Positions 11,490 to 24,942 of a DNA stretch of 64,000 nt are shown here, in pieces; positions within the stretch are counted from its first letter, which is position 1, and each line of letters starts with the position of its first letter. Position numbers and translations under genes: made by a program. Under the pieces are notes generated by a model. That model was not told where the DNA came from and ran no database searches. It saw nothing but the letters and a program-made list of their open reading frames with translations. Origin of the DNA: an uncultured Gemmatimonadales bacterium (GTDB taxonomy: Bacteria > Gemmatimonadota > Gemmatimonadetes > Gemmatimonadales > GWC2-71-9); assembly GCA_963842945.1 (NCBI GenBank), contig CAWJIM010000004.1:64001-128000 (forward strand), given 5' to 3'.

Positions 11490-13133
11490 CTACCTAGCGC
11501 ATTTCTTGGGCTTCGGACTATTACGCCGCTGAAATTCTCCGCCGGGTAGCCACTGCGGCATCGCAGAATCGTTTGCCACCGCGATCGCCACGTCGCGCAC
11601 ATACTCGGCGAACTGCTTGGACCCCTCGAGGTTCAATGGGTTGAGAGTCCCCCACTGGTCGCTCGGCTGGTGGTAGTGCTGCTCCAGATATTCCTTCACC
11701 TTCGCATCGACGAACTGCTTGGTTCCCTGCACCGGCTCTGTCCCCAGGGCCATGTAGAGCGACGGCACGCCGGCCCGGGCAAATGGATAATTGTCCGCCC
11801 GGAGAAAGAACCCCTCCTCCGGATAGGGATCCGGTGACAGCTTGAGCCCCATGTGCTCCGCCGTGTTCCGCGCGATCTGGCCCAGGGTGCTCAGCTCCAC
11901 CCCGAGCGGTGCCGCGTCTTTCTTGGGGCCGAGCAACTCGATGCCATCGTCGAGATTCAGGTTGGCGGCTATGCGGTCGAGCGGAATCGGCCCGGAGCAG
12001 ACGAAGGCGTAAGCTCCGAATAGTCCCCACTCTTCAGCGGTGGTGAAGAGAAACGTGAGAGCGCGTGACTGCGGATGCTGGGCAAACACGCGGGCCAGCG
12101 CGAGCAGCGCCGTCACCCCCGAGCCGTCATCCAGCGTGCCATTGTAGATCGAGTCGCCCTCGACCGGCTTGCCGATACCGTACGCATCCCAATGCGCACT
12201 GAGCACCACATGCTCCCGACACGGGCCTCCTCCCTGCCCGAGACGGTACCGATGAAACGTTGTGCGACGTCACCGTACTGGTCTGGGTGCGGAACTTGAC
12301 CCCGAGCTTCACTCCTAAAGGGACGGCGCGGAAGCCGGGCTTCTCCGCCGCCTTGAGCATCGCCGCCAGCGAGCCTGACTTGGGCGGCAGCAGCCGAGCC
12401 AGGGCGGTATCGGTGATGCCGCCGAGAAAACGAAGTCCATTGTCGTCCACGTCTGCCGCCAGATAGCGTCCGAATCGCACGGGGCCCTGGGCGAACGCGC
12501 CGTTGGGCCGAATCAGCAGCATGCCCACGGCACCCCGTCGCTCGAGGTCGGCCAGCTTGTCGCTGAACCAGGAGAAGCGGGACGCTCGCACCCCGTTGAA
12601 GCGGACGGTGTCGCCCGGAATGGTGGGCTCACCGAAGATCATGACCGCGATCTTGCCCTTGAGATCGGTCCCGGCGAAATCATTCCACTTGTACATCGGT
12701 GCGTCGATGCCGTAGCCGACGAACACCAGGTCACCCGCTGCCTCGACGTCCGGTCTTCGCCCAGCATTGACGAAGGTGACCTCCTTTCCCGGCGCGAGCT
12801 CGCCGGAGATCCGGCCGCTGAGCCGCGCCTGGACCGGAGGCGAGGCCGAGTCGGGCCGTTGAACCAGGAGCTCCACCGGCTGTAGCCAGCTGGGATTCGT
12901 GTCTCCCGGCGCGGGTGCGGCGCCGGGCTGGAGGCCGAAGCTCTGCAACTCGGAAATGAGGTAGGCGGTGGTGAGCTCTTCGCCCTTCTTTCCGGGATAC
13001 CGCCCCTCGAAGAGATCCGAGGAGAAAAACTTGAGCCGGGCGGCCAGCTCCTGGGTCGAGATCGCGAGCGAATCGGGTATCTGCGCGGACAGCTGGGGGA
13101 CCAGCAAGTTAGAGCCAGGCAAAGATGTATCAT
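11490..13133 (-). CDS. M28 family metallopeptidase with PA domain, frameshifted
   Basis: SAHWD, YNGTLDDGSG, TAEEWGL, HYHQPSD, VFVGYGI. Confidence 0.88.
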
Positions 13134-13250
13134 TGGGAGTAAGGTCGAGGACCCCTAAGATAGCAGACGGATTTTTGAAACAGAATCCCCCCGTTCCAGG
13201 ATTCGAACTCTCTTGTTCCGTCGTTCCTCCCGTCCATCGTATCTTCCATT

Positions 13251-14530
13251 ATGCCCAACCCGGGAAAGCAGGTCCAGCGCACCTACCTGTTGCTCACCCT
13301 GCTCTCCACGCTCTCCGCTTCCTTCATCTGGGGCATCAACACCCTCTTCCTTCTCGACGCCGGGCTCAGCAACGTCGAGGCGTTCGCGGCGAATGCGTTC
13401 TTCACCGGAAGGCATGGTGCTGTTCGAGGCGCCCACCGGCGTGGTGGCCGACACCTGGGGCCGCCGCACGTCGTACCTCCTCGGCGCCGGGGACGCTGCT
13501 CGTCTCCACCCTGATCTACCTCTGGCATGTGGCATACCCGTGCGGCCCTCCCCGGTTGGGCCATCGCATCCATCCTCTCGGGCTCGGCTTCACCTTCTTC
13601 TCCGGTGCAACCGAGGCCTGGCTGGTTGACGCGCTCACCTTCGCCGGCGTGGAGAGACACCTTCAAGTCGGTGCTGGCCCGGGGCCAGGTGGTGGGCGGT
13701 GCCGCGATGCTGGGCGGCTCGGCTGACGGGCGGTTTCGTCGCGCAGACGACCAATCTGGGCGCGCCCTACATCATGCGCTCCGTCACTCTCGCCTCACCC
13801 TGCTGGCCGCATTCATCTGGATGAAGGATCTCGGCTTCACCCCCAACCGCCGGGGTGGCATGGTCAAGGAAGTGCGGCAGACACTCTCGGGTCTCGATCG
13901 AAGAGCGGATGGTGGCAATCCGCCGGTGCGCTGGCTCATGCTGGCAGCAGTCTTTGCAGGCGGAGTCAGTATCTACGGCTTCTACGCCTTGCAGCCCTAC
14001 CTGCTCCAGCTGTACGGCAACCCCAATGCTTTCGCGGTCGCTTCCTTGTCCGCGGCGATCGTAGCCGGCACCCAAATGTTGGCCGGAGTTTTGGTGCCCC
14101 GTCTCGGCCGGGATTCCGCCGCCGCAGCGGCGCACTAACTGCCACTTACCTGACCAGCACGCTGTGCCTGCTCGCCCTGGGACTGAACCGGAACTTTGCC
14201 CTGGCGGTGGCGCTGGTCGTGATTTGGGGACTGAGCTTCGCGCTCGGCATGCCCATCCGCCAGACCTACATCAACGGCATCATACCCAGCCAGCAGCGGG
14301 CGACGGTGCTCTCATTCGACAACCTGATGAGCTCGGCCGGAGGCGTAGCAGGCCAGCCGGCGCTGGGGCGGGTGGCCGATGTCTATGGTTACGCCCGATC
14401 GTACCTGGTGTGTGCGGCGATCCAGGCGGTGGCGGTGCCGTTCCTGATGCTGGCCCGGCGGGAAAAAGTGGCGTCGGATGTGATAGAGGCGGAGAGACGG
14501 AGGGGCGGAGAGGCGGAGCCTGGCCAGTAG
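13251..14530 (+). CDS. MFS transporter, frameshifted
   Basis: FEAPTGVVADTWGRR, GFTFFSGATEAW, QQRATVLSFD. Confidence 0.85.
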
Positions 14531-14570
14531 GCATCACCTACCGACGTTCCGCGTTCCTACGTTCCGCCAG

Positions 14571-15451
14571 CTACACAGTCGGCAGCTCCGCTGCGCGGGC
14601 CCAAGGCCTGAGATCCATTCCGAAATCCTGTTTCATTCTCTGATACCATGCGTCGTCGTCCAGCGCCCCCCAGGCGACCCACTCCTCGTCGTTCAGGCTC
14701 TTGCGCCAGTCGAGAAAGGCCGCGGCATCGGGACCGGCGGGATGCCGGAGCTGCCAGCTGTCGCTCTCGGCGATCTCTAGGATTTTCTGGCCCACCATCG
14801 AGGCCGGACGCCCGGTCTGGAGGCTGGCGGTGAAGAGGGCGGCGAAGCGCTGCTGGTGGGGATATAAGGACGTGCTCTGGTGGTCGGCGATACAGCTGAG
14901 CAGCGCGAGTGTCGATGATCCCGGGTTCCACCACGGCGACGCGAATGTTGAACGGCTTCAGCTCCTGGGCCAGGCCTTCGCTCAGCTCTCGAGGGCAGAC
15001 TTCCGCGGCGGGGTACGGCGTCATCGGGGCCATGGCGATCCGGCCCGCGATGGAGACGACGTTGATGATGCAGCCGCTCCGCCGTTCCCGCATCCCGGGA
15101 GCACCGCCTGGATGCAACGAATCACCCCGAAGTAGTTGGTCTCCATCACCGCGCGGAACACACCGAGCGGGGCTCCTCCACCGACCCGGTCGGTGCGATC
15201 CGGCGTTGTTGACCAGCACGTCGATCGGTCCGCTCTCCCGGACGATCCGCGCCATCCCGTCGCGGACCGAGGAATCGGTGTCCACGTCCATCGGGACACT
15301 GAGATCGAAAGCTCTCCCGCTCCACGGCTTCCGGAGCCGCCGCCCCGGCCAGATCGCGCATCGTGGCATCCACCTAACCGGCCCGCCCAACGCAAGCGCC
15401 GTCGCCAGGCCGATGCCGGTGTTGCTCCCGGTGATCAGGACTGGACGCCAT
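14571..15451 (-). CDS. SDR family oxidoreductase, frameshifted
   Basis: VLITGSNTGIG, DVLVNNAG, METNYFG, VVEPG. Confidence 0.85.
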
Positions 15452-15675
15452 GGCGAGACCCTCCGGGTCGATGGTCTGGCTCGATTCGGTGACACAATCT
15501 TTCAAAGGATGCGCACTAGCTTGCAGCACCGGCCGAGGTCCGTCAACGGCTGAACGGACCACGGAACCGTGGTCCAGCGGACCGCGGACACTCAAGAGCC
15601 CGGCCGGTAAGTCGCGCGATCGGGTCAGCCAACCCCACCTCGCCGTTCCCCCTGGCAACCGGTATACTCTAGCAA

Positions 15676-16747
15676 ATGCGACTCATAATCCTCCTGGCCG
15701 CTGCCCTGGGCTTCACCCTGGGGTGCGGGGACAACGGCACCGGACCGGGTGCGCTCCCGGATCGAGACGGCGCCCGGCTCGCCGGGCAACTCGACGGCCT
15801 GGCCGACTCGGTGGACGCCGGCGGATACTCGCCTGCCGCCGAGGCGTTGCGTCACGCCGCCGAGATCGTGCGACTCACCGGCCACGCCACGTCGGTCAGA
15901 CTGAGCGTCGACGGAGTCGCCAAGGATTTTTTAGGGGTGGGCGAACAGATCGACTTTCCCAACCTGGTGTGCACCTGGCCTACCGACAGCGGCGTCGCTC
16001 CACCACCGGATTCCACCGTTGTTCCGCCCTTCGACACGACAGGCGTGTTCCCACCGCTGCCACCCGATTCAATCGATTTTCCGCCGATCGATAGCGGCGT
16101 GCTCCCTCCCATGCCTCCCATGCCTCCGATCCCGGTCGACAGCGGCGTGATAAGCCCTCCGCCACTTCCCGAGTGTCACGAGGAGGGGAGCTTCTCGTTG
16201 TGTACGCTCATCGCCTGGGAGCCGGAGCGTCTCAATGAGGTGGTCCGGCTGGTGGCATACATCGGCTCCAGCGGAGTCGAGCCCGGCGTGCCTGACGTCA
16301 TGACCAGCCTCCCTTCGGGTTCTAGCAATCCTTCTCCGCCGACCGCACCTCCCGATTCCGGCAGCGGCAGCGGCGGCGAGCCCGGCGGATACCCCGGGTT
16401 CATGGGCGAGTATCTGGTGCGTGGACGTGGGCAGCTGGTTTGCGGTGGAGGGAACGCAGACCAACGACATCGTGCAGGCGGGCGGTCACTGCACCGCCGA
16501 TCGGGCGACCTTCGACTGGGCCCAGTTCGATTGCGCCGCGGCGCGGTACCGCTTCGAGTTCTCGATGAAGGTGGAGCCGGCCCGATACGGTCCGCCTACC
16601 GGCGTGGGCGAGCTCACCGGGCAACCGGAGGGTACCCACACCCTGACGATGAGCTCCACGGAACTGGATGGAGTAAGGCTCACCTGGCGGGCATGGACTT
16701 CACCTCCTCCGCCGTCGCCGCGGGATACGGTGGTGGCGATGGAGTAA
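15676..16747 (+). CDS. Proline-rich hypothetical lipoprotein
   Basis: Signal peptide with LGC lipobox; PP(I/V)DS repeats; frameshift near 16425. Confidence 0.7.
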
Positions 16748-16774
16748 CACCCGTAGCTCTCGCCGAGACATTCC

Positions 16775-18404
16775 GTGATCCACTACCGTGTAACAGTGCT
16801 CGCCGCCGCGCTCTTCACCCTCTCGCGCAGGCCGGAAGGGTTCACGCCCAGGAGCACGACCACCAGCACGAGCTCGGAGAACTCGGACGAGTCGTTTTCC
16901 CGGTCTCCTGCACCCCGCAGGCCGCGGCGCTTCGAGCATGCTCTGGCCGGGCTCCATTCCTTCTGGTTCGAGGAGGGGTCGCGCGCCTTCGGTGCGGTCC
17001 TCGAGGCCGATCCGCGCTGCGCCATGGCCCACTGGGGACTCGCGCTCAATGCGTGGGGCAATCCGTTCGCAGGGGGCCCGTCGGGCGATGCCCTGCTGAA
17101 GGCCGCCCGCGAGGCCGAGCTGGCGTCGGCCCGGCCGGCCGGAAGCGCACGGGAGCAGGGGTTCATTTCGGCGACCGCGGCGCTCTATCGCAACACCGCG
17201 GATGTTTCGAATGCCTTGCGGCTACAGGCCTACGCCGACACCATGGCACGCCTCTACCGGGAACATCCCCGGATCTCGAGGTCGCCATCTATTACGCCCT
17301 GGCGCAGCTCGCTACGGCCCCGCGCACCGACACGACTTTCGCCCAACAGAAGCGGGCCATCGCCATTCTCGATCCGCTCTACGCTCGTTATCCCAACCAT
17401 CCCGGCCTGGCGCACTACATCATCCACTCAACCGACTCTCCACGGCTGGCGGCACTGGGCCTCGAAGCCGCCCGGCGGTATGCCAGCATCGCCCCTGCTG
17501 CGCCGCATGCTCAGCACATGCCGTCACATATTTTCGTGCGACTCGGGCTCTGGGACGAGAGCGGTGGCCACCAACTGGAAGTCCTACAACTCAGGTGTCG
17601 CTCATGCCCGAGCGACGGGACCCTGGACGACATCGGCGAAGGAGATCCACGCGCTGGACTACGCCGTCTATGGCTATCTCCAACGGGGGCAGGACTCAGC
17701 CGCACGAGCGGCGGTAGCCATGGCCCAGGCGGCGAAAGTTTCCCGGCCGTCAACGTGCTGATCGGCCAGTACAACCGCACTGCCATGGCCGCACGCATCC
17801 CTCTGGAACGGGGTGACTGGGCCGCCGCCGCGACCTTCCCTGCTCCTGGACTCTCCGGGACCGTGCCCGCCGCTCTCAGCCGGTTCACCCGTGCGATCGG
17901 AGCCGCCCGAGGTGGGCGGGCGGACGCGCGCGGTCGGAGGTGGAGGAGCTCGATTCGATCGCGCGCGATCTGACCATCGGGGAGACGCGTATTGGGCCCG
18001 GGTCGTCGGCATCAAGCGGGATGCGGCGGCCGCGTGGGTGCAGTTCGCCGCCGGAGACACGAGCGGTGCGTTAGCACGCGCGAGCCGCTGCCGATACCGA
18101 GGAGGTGACTGACAAGCACCCGGTAACTCCGGCCGAGCTGCTGCCGGCACGCGAGCTCCTGGGCGATATGCTCCTGGAGGGGGACGGTACCCCGAGGCTC
18201 GCGCCGCATACAGGCAACGCTTCTCCGCGAGACTGGCCGGGCCCGGAGTATCTTCGGAGCCGCCCGTGCGGCGGAGCTCGCCGGCAACCGTGCGGCGGCC
18301 ACCGAAGGGTATCGCCAGTTTCTGAAGCTCATGGCAAAGCCGATGGGGGCCGCCCCGAGCTGGCCACGGCAAGGAAATACCTAAAGACGTTCTCCAGCTA
18401 CTGA
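16775..18404 (+). CDS. Secreted TPR-like helical repeat protein, frameshifted
   Basis: LHSFWF, CAMAHWG, HPGLAHYIIH, HAQHMPSHIF, ARELLGDMLL. Confidence 0.75.
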
Positions 18405-19276
18405 CCGGTCGAGTCGGACTCCGCTTCTCCAGTCTGCTGCGCCTGACCCGCACCCATCTCCCGGAGTTCGGCCCCGGCCTGGGCACTGGCCAGGTACCGG
18501 ACCGCATCTTTTGCCATGGTGGCGGGCCGGGCCACCTTTTCGGATCCGAGGATTGGTTCTTGAGCGCCCACACGTTGGTGATGAAATCGGCGTCCTTGGG
18601 TTCAGTCTTCTTCCAGCTCACGCCCTTGGGCATGACACCCGATGCCGGCGGCATCGGACCGTTCAGGGTGACCTTCTTGGCGACCAGGGTCACCCCTTGG
18701 CTGGGATCGACCCACCGGAGCATGACCATGGGAGCCCCCGGCATGACGCAAGCACTGCCCTTCTTCATCTTGTAGACGTTGCACTTCTGGCCGGCGATGG
18801 TCTCCGAACCAGCCTGCTCCCCGAAGACGGGTGACGTACGCGTCGGCGTCGCTCCCGCCGCCGAGCTCAGTGGCCAGCCTGAGATTCTCCCGGAACCGTG
18901 CCTTGCCGGATGCATCGAGTGCGGCATACTCTCGGGCGAGGTGAGGCCTTAATAAGGCGCTCACCTCACCCGCCTCCTGGCCGCCCATTTTGTTGTAGGT
19001 GTACTGGGAGTCTTTCGTCGCGACCACGAAGGAGCGGAGGGTGTCCTTCTTTCCAGACGCCTCCAACGGCATGACCATCCTCATGATCATCTGGTCCGCC
19101 GCGACTCCCAACTCAGAGGTAGGGGCCGCGCCGGGCTGCTGCTTCTGGGCGCTCACCTCGTATACGATATAGGCGGTTTTGACCGAGCCGCCGGTAAGGG
19201 CAAAGGGATTGTCCTGGGCTGCAACTGAGCCGGGCAAGAGCAGCGCGAGAATCGCTGCTCGGCGCGGAGTAAGCAT
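18398..19276 (-). CDS. Secreted hypothetical protein, frameshifted; 3' end approximate
   Basis: Signal peptide ending AAQ; GSETIAGQKCNVY in next frame. Confidence 0.6.
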
Positions 19277-19414
19277 CGAAATGACTCCTGGAAACGGGGA
19301 AATTGAAACGGGGACACTAAGATCGTCACACCGGAGCCCGGCGCGCCAGGGGGGAATTGTCGAGCGCCGCAGTCTCGCAGTATGTTGGGGTTCTTCTGAG
19401 ACACGGAGCGCGCA

Positions 19415-19995
19415 ATGAAAACGACCTCTTTACCCCTCACTGTATCTCATCGTGGCTCTGCCGGCGGTTCTCGCTGCCCAGAAAACCCCTCGATATCGGT
19501 ACCGTGGCACCAGGCTTCACCATGAATGGCGCCACCCGTTACGGCGTCCTCGCCCGCCCCATCCATCTCTCCGATTTCAAGGGCAAGACCGTTGTCCTGG
19601 CGTTCTTCTACAAGGCCCGAACCAGCGGCTGAACCGTCCAAATGAACGCGTACCGTGATCAGTACGCGAAGCTCTTCAAGAACGGCCGCAACGTGGTGCT
19701 CATCGCGATCAGCGCCGACCCCGACACCGCCCTCGCTTCCTGGGCACGGGACTCGGAGTTCCCGTTTCTGTTCGCGAGCGATACCGGGACGGCCGTCGCC
19801 AAGCGATACGGCGCCCTTGCCGACAAGCCGGGCATGACCAACCGCAACCTGTTCGTGGTGGGACCGGATGGGAGGATCGCCTACCGGGCGACTCCGTTCC
19901 GGGAAGTCGATCCGACGGCCTATACCGAGCTGGGAGCAGCGATTCAGAAGGCGGCAGGACCGAACGCCGTTGAGGGAAAAAATAACCGCTGCTGA
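19415..19995 (+). CDS. AhpC/TSA (BCP-like) peroxiredoxin with in-frame TGA (candidate selenocysteine) at 19630-19632
   Basis: LSDFKGKTVVLAFFYKARTSG-TGA-TVQMNAYRD...IAISAD...RNLFVVGPDGRI; ORFs 19357 and 19642 are in the same frame. Confidence 0.85.
19647..19668 (+). promoter_or_regulatory. Candidate bacterial SECIS hairpin
   Basis: CGCGTAC-cgtgatca-GTACGCG, stem starts 14 nt after the TGA. Confidence 0.65.
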
Positions 19996-20027
19996 TGTGG
20001 AGCTGATGGTGAGAAGAAACCGGTATT

Positions 20028-20521
20028 TTACCGGGCCGTGATGGTTGGCATCGAATAAAACCCTCCCAGAATCGCGCCATAGATCAGGTGCGCGAACAGC
20101 ACCGAGATCGGCGTCTGGTAGCCGTAGTTGAGCGCCAGGAATCCGGGCGGCTCGAGCTGGCGGGTCACGGTCGGGCCCTGCTGCTCGCTGGCCATGCGCG
20201 GGATGCAGGCTCGGCAGCAGGCTCACACCGACGGTCAGCACGAACGAGCGCCTGCACCAGCCCGATGCGCCGCGCCGGGCCACCAGGTGGCCCGGCCCCA
20301 GACGTGAAACGCGGCGACGTAGACCAGCGAGAAGATCCAGCCGTTCACCAGGTGGACAGGAAGCCGACCAGCTTGGCCCGCTCGCGGTTGGGGGTGAAGA
20401 TCGTGCCCAGCATGTAGGGGAGATTCATGCGGGTGAGGCCGAGCCCCTGGCTGCCGGCCAGCACCGTGGTGAGCGCCAGCGTCGCCACGAAGCCCCAGAG
20501 CAGCCAGGCTCTCCAGTTCAT
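20028..20521 (-). CDS. Membrane protein coupled to GH15 gene
   Basis: [14 protein letters not shown]...[10 protein letters not shown]...[12 protein letters not shown]; frameshifted. Confidence 0.7.
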
Positions 20522-22408
20522 ACCTGGACCTCCTGCGTGCTTCGGCATCCTCCGGCTTCGTCGCGGCACCTGCCGCGGCATCGGCGTCTCGCCCTCCAGC
20601 CGCCGGCTGAGGGAGAGCGCCGCGTTGATCAGGCCGACGTGGGTGAAGGCCTGGGGAAAGTTGCCCAGCGCGGCGCCGGTCGCCGGGTCGATCTCCTCGG
20701 CGAAGAGCCCGACGTCGTTGGCGTGGCCGCAGAGCCGCTCGAACAGCTGCCGCGCCTCGTCCACGCTGCCGCCTCCGAGTGCGAGGTACTCCACAGCCCA
20801 GAAGCTGCAGATGCCGAACGCGCCCTCCCCGGGCGAGACGGGCTCGCCCTCTTTCTCCGGCTCTGATCCGCTGGTAGCGGTAGAGCAGCCCGTCGCCGGC
20901 GCCCAGCCGCTCGCGAATCCGCTGGTAGGTCTGCCGCATCCGCTCGGAGGTGGCGGACTCGAAGCCGTACCAGGCGAGCAGCAGCAAGCGTGGCGTCCAC
21001 CCGGTCGCCCTCCAGCTCGGCGACGTAGCTTTCCAGCGCCGGATTCCAGGCCCGCGCGTCTCGACCTGCCGGCGAATGGCCTCGCGGTTCTCCTCGAACT
21101 TCGCCCCGGGCGCCCAGCGCACATGGTCCTTCGCGTGCAGCTGTAGCAGCCGGTCGAGTGCCACCCAGCACAGCACCCGGGAATGGGTATGGTGGGCTCG
21201 GCCGGTGCGCGGCTCCCAGATGCCTTCGTCGGGCTCCTCCCAGTGCCGGCAGACGTATTCGCCCCAGGCGCGCAGCACCCGCTGGGTCTCCCGGTCCAGG
21301 CTGCCGCCCGCCTGCGACGAAGTGGGTCACGGCGTCGATCACCTCGCCGTAGACGTCGAGCTGAAGCTGCTCCGCGGCCAGGTTGCCGATCCGGACCGGC
21401 CGCGATCCGCGGTGTCCAGCCAGGTGATCCAGCGTGCGCTCGGCGGGCGGCTTGTTGCCGTAGACGTCGTAGAGCACCCGCAGCTCGGGCCGGGTCAGGC
21501 GGGTGGCGTGCAACAGCCAGTTGACGAAGGCGTGGGCCTCGTCCACGCAACCCAGACCGATCAGCGCGCGCACCGTGAGCGAGGCGTCGCGCAGCCAGCA
21601 GAAGCGATAGTCCCAGTTGAGCGGCCCGCCGATCCGCTCGGGCAGCGAGGTGGTCGGCGCGGCGACCACGGCACCCGAGGGAGCGAAGACCATGAGCTTG
21701 AGGGCCAGCGCGCTGCGAATCACCGCCTCGCGGCAGGGGCCGTCGTAGCGCGACGCTGGAGGCCCAGCTCTGCCACCAGCGCACCGTGCGCTCGAGCGCG
21801 GCGCGCGACCACTCACCCAGCGGCGGCAGCACCGCCGGCCCCTCGGCCGCGAAGGTGAGCGAGGCGTGGGCCGCGCTCCTGCGCAGAGCCGGGCACGGCC
21901 CGAACCGTGCCGTCACTGCCGATCTCGGGCGGCAGGTCGGTCCGCGAACATGAGCAGACCCGCGCCGGTCTCGACCCGAAGCCCCAGCTGTCCGGCCTGG
22001 CGCAGGCCGCGGTCGGAGTCCGTAGCCGGGACGCGGCTCGAACGACCACTCGATCTCCACCTCGCCGCGCTCGCACTCGATCAGCCGGAGGATCTCCCGC
22101 TCGGGCAGCAGCAGGCGTTGCTTCTCCTCCTCCGAGGCACACCGGCATCAGATCGGTGAGGACCAGCGTGCCCGCTTCGGTGTTGAACCGGGTCTGGAGC
22201 ACGTTGGTGTCTTCGATGTAGCGGCGTGCGGTCTGGAAGGGCGCGGCCGGGGCGATGCGCCAGTGCCCGGCGGAGGGTCGAGGAGCGCCCCGAAGACGGA
22301 GGGACTGTCGAACCGCGGCCAGCAGAGCCAGTCGATCGATCCGTCGCGCCCCACCAGGGCGACGGACCGGCCATCGCCGATAGCCGCGTAGTCGCCGATG
22401 GCGTTCAT
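20518..22408 (-). CDS. Glycoside hydrolase family 15 (trehalase/glucoamylase-like), frameshifted
   Basis: [45 protein letters not shown]. Confidence 0.9.
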
Positions 22409-22419
22409 CGGGTGTACTT

Positions 22420-24103
<1,684 letters not shown>

Positions 24104-24169
24104 CCGATTGGCACACGCGACAGATGAAGCGCGTGTGATTCCTTCGGTTGGCCGGAGTCGCTGGCGAGC

Positions 24170-24225
24170 GCTGGTGCGGCGACAGCCTCGGCCAGAGCAT
24201 CCGGCGTCGGGGAGACCTGGATCAT
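24170..24225 (-). pseudogene. 5' remnant resembling 6-phosphogluconolactonase start
   Basis: MIQVSPTPDALAEAVA, ATG overlapping rpiA stop, then similarity is lost. Confidence 0.45.
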
Positions 24226-24920
24226 TGGCGGGTCCGGTGCTCGATCCCTGCCGGACCGGCGACGATGACGTCGGTCGCCAAGCCGAGGAATAGTCCGTGC
24301 GCGACCACGCCGGCCCGGGCCTGCAGCCGGCTGGCCAGCTCCTCCGGCTGCTCGATCGGCCCGGTGATGCAGTCGAGAATGAAGTTCCCCTGATCGGTGC
24401 GGACGGGCGAGGCGCCTGGTCCCATACGAAACGAGATCTGGGCCTGGGGCAGGAGGCCCCTGAGATACTCGGGCTGGTAGCGCGATCCGAAGGGCACCAC
24501 CTCGACCGGCAGCGGGCTCCGGGTGCCCAGTACCGGCGAGAGCTTGCTCTGGTCGGCCACGATCACGACCCGGCGGCTGGTCTGGGCGACGATCTTCTCC
24601 CGCAGAAGGGCGCCCCCTCGACCCTTGATGAGATTGAGCGCGGGATCGATTTCATCGGCGCCGTCGATAGTGATGTCGGTCGGAGTCACGCGCGACTCTT
24701 CTAGCAACGGAATCCCCCACCGCACCGCCTCGGCCGCGGTGCCGAGCGAGGTCGCCACCGCCTCGATGTCCTCGAGGGTGCCTGCCCGGAGCAGCTTGCC
24801 GATCCGTCGGATGGCGTAGGTCGCCGTCTCGCCGGTGCCGAGTCCCACCACCATACCGGACTGGACCAGCTCCACCGCACGCTCAGCCGCCTCCGTCTTG
24901 TAGTCGTCCTGCTGGCTCAC
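24222..24920 (-). CDS. rpiA: Ribose-5-phosphate isomerase A
   Basis: VGLGTG, IDGADEID, IKGRGGALLREK. Confidence 0.93.
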   Translation of the reverse strand: MSQQDDYKTEAAERAVELVQSGMVVGLGTGETATYAIRRIGKLLRAGTLEDIEAVATSLGTAAEAVRWGIPLLEESRVTPTDITIDGADEIDPALNLIKGRGGALLREKIVAQTSRRVVIVADQSKLSPVLGTRSPLPVEVVPFGSRYQPEYLRGLLPQAQISFRMGPGASPVRTDQGNFILDCITGPIEQPEELASRLQARAGVVAHGLFLGLATDVIVAGPAGIEHRTRQ

Positions 24921-24942
24921 GGCAGCACCTCACGTCGCAACC

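Noticed and set aside
2551..19995. Selenium island linking SBP56 and the UGA peroxiredoxin
   Set aside because: They are 15 kb apart with unrelated genes between, no sel genes are present, and SBP56 is not a Sec protein.
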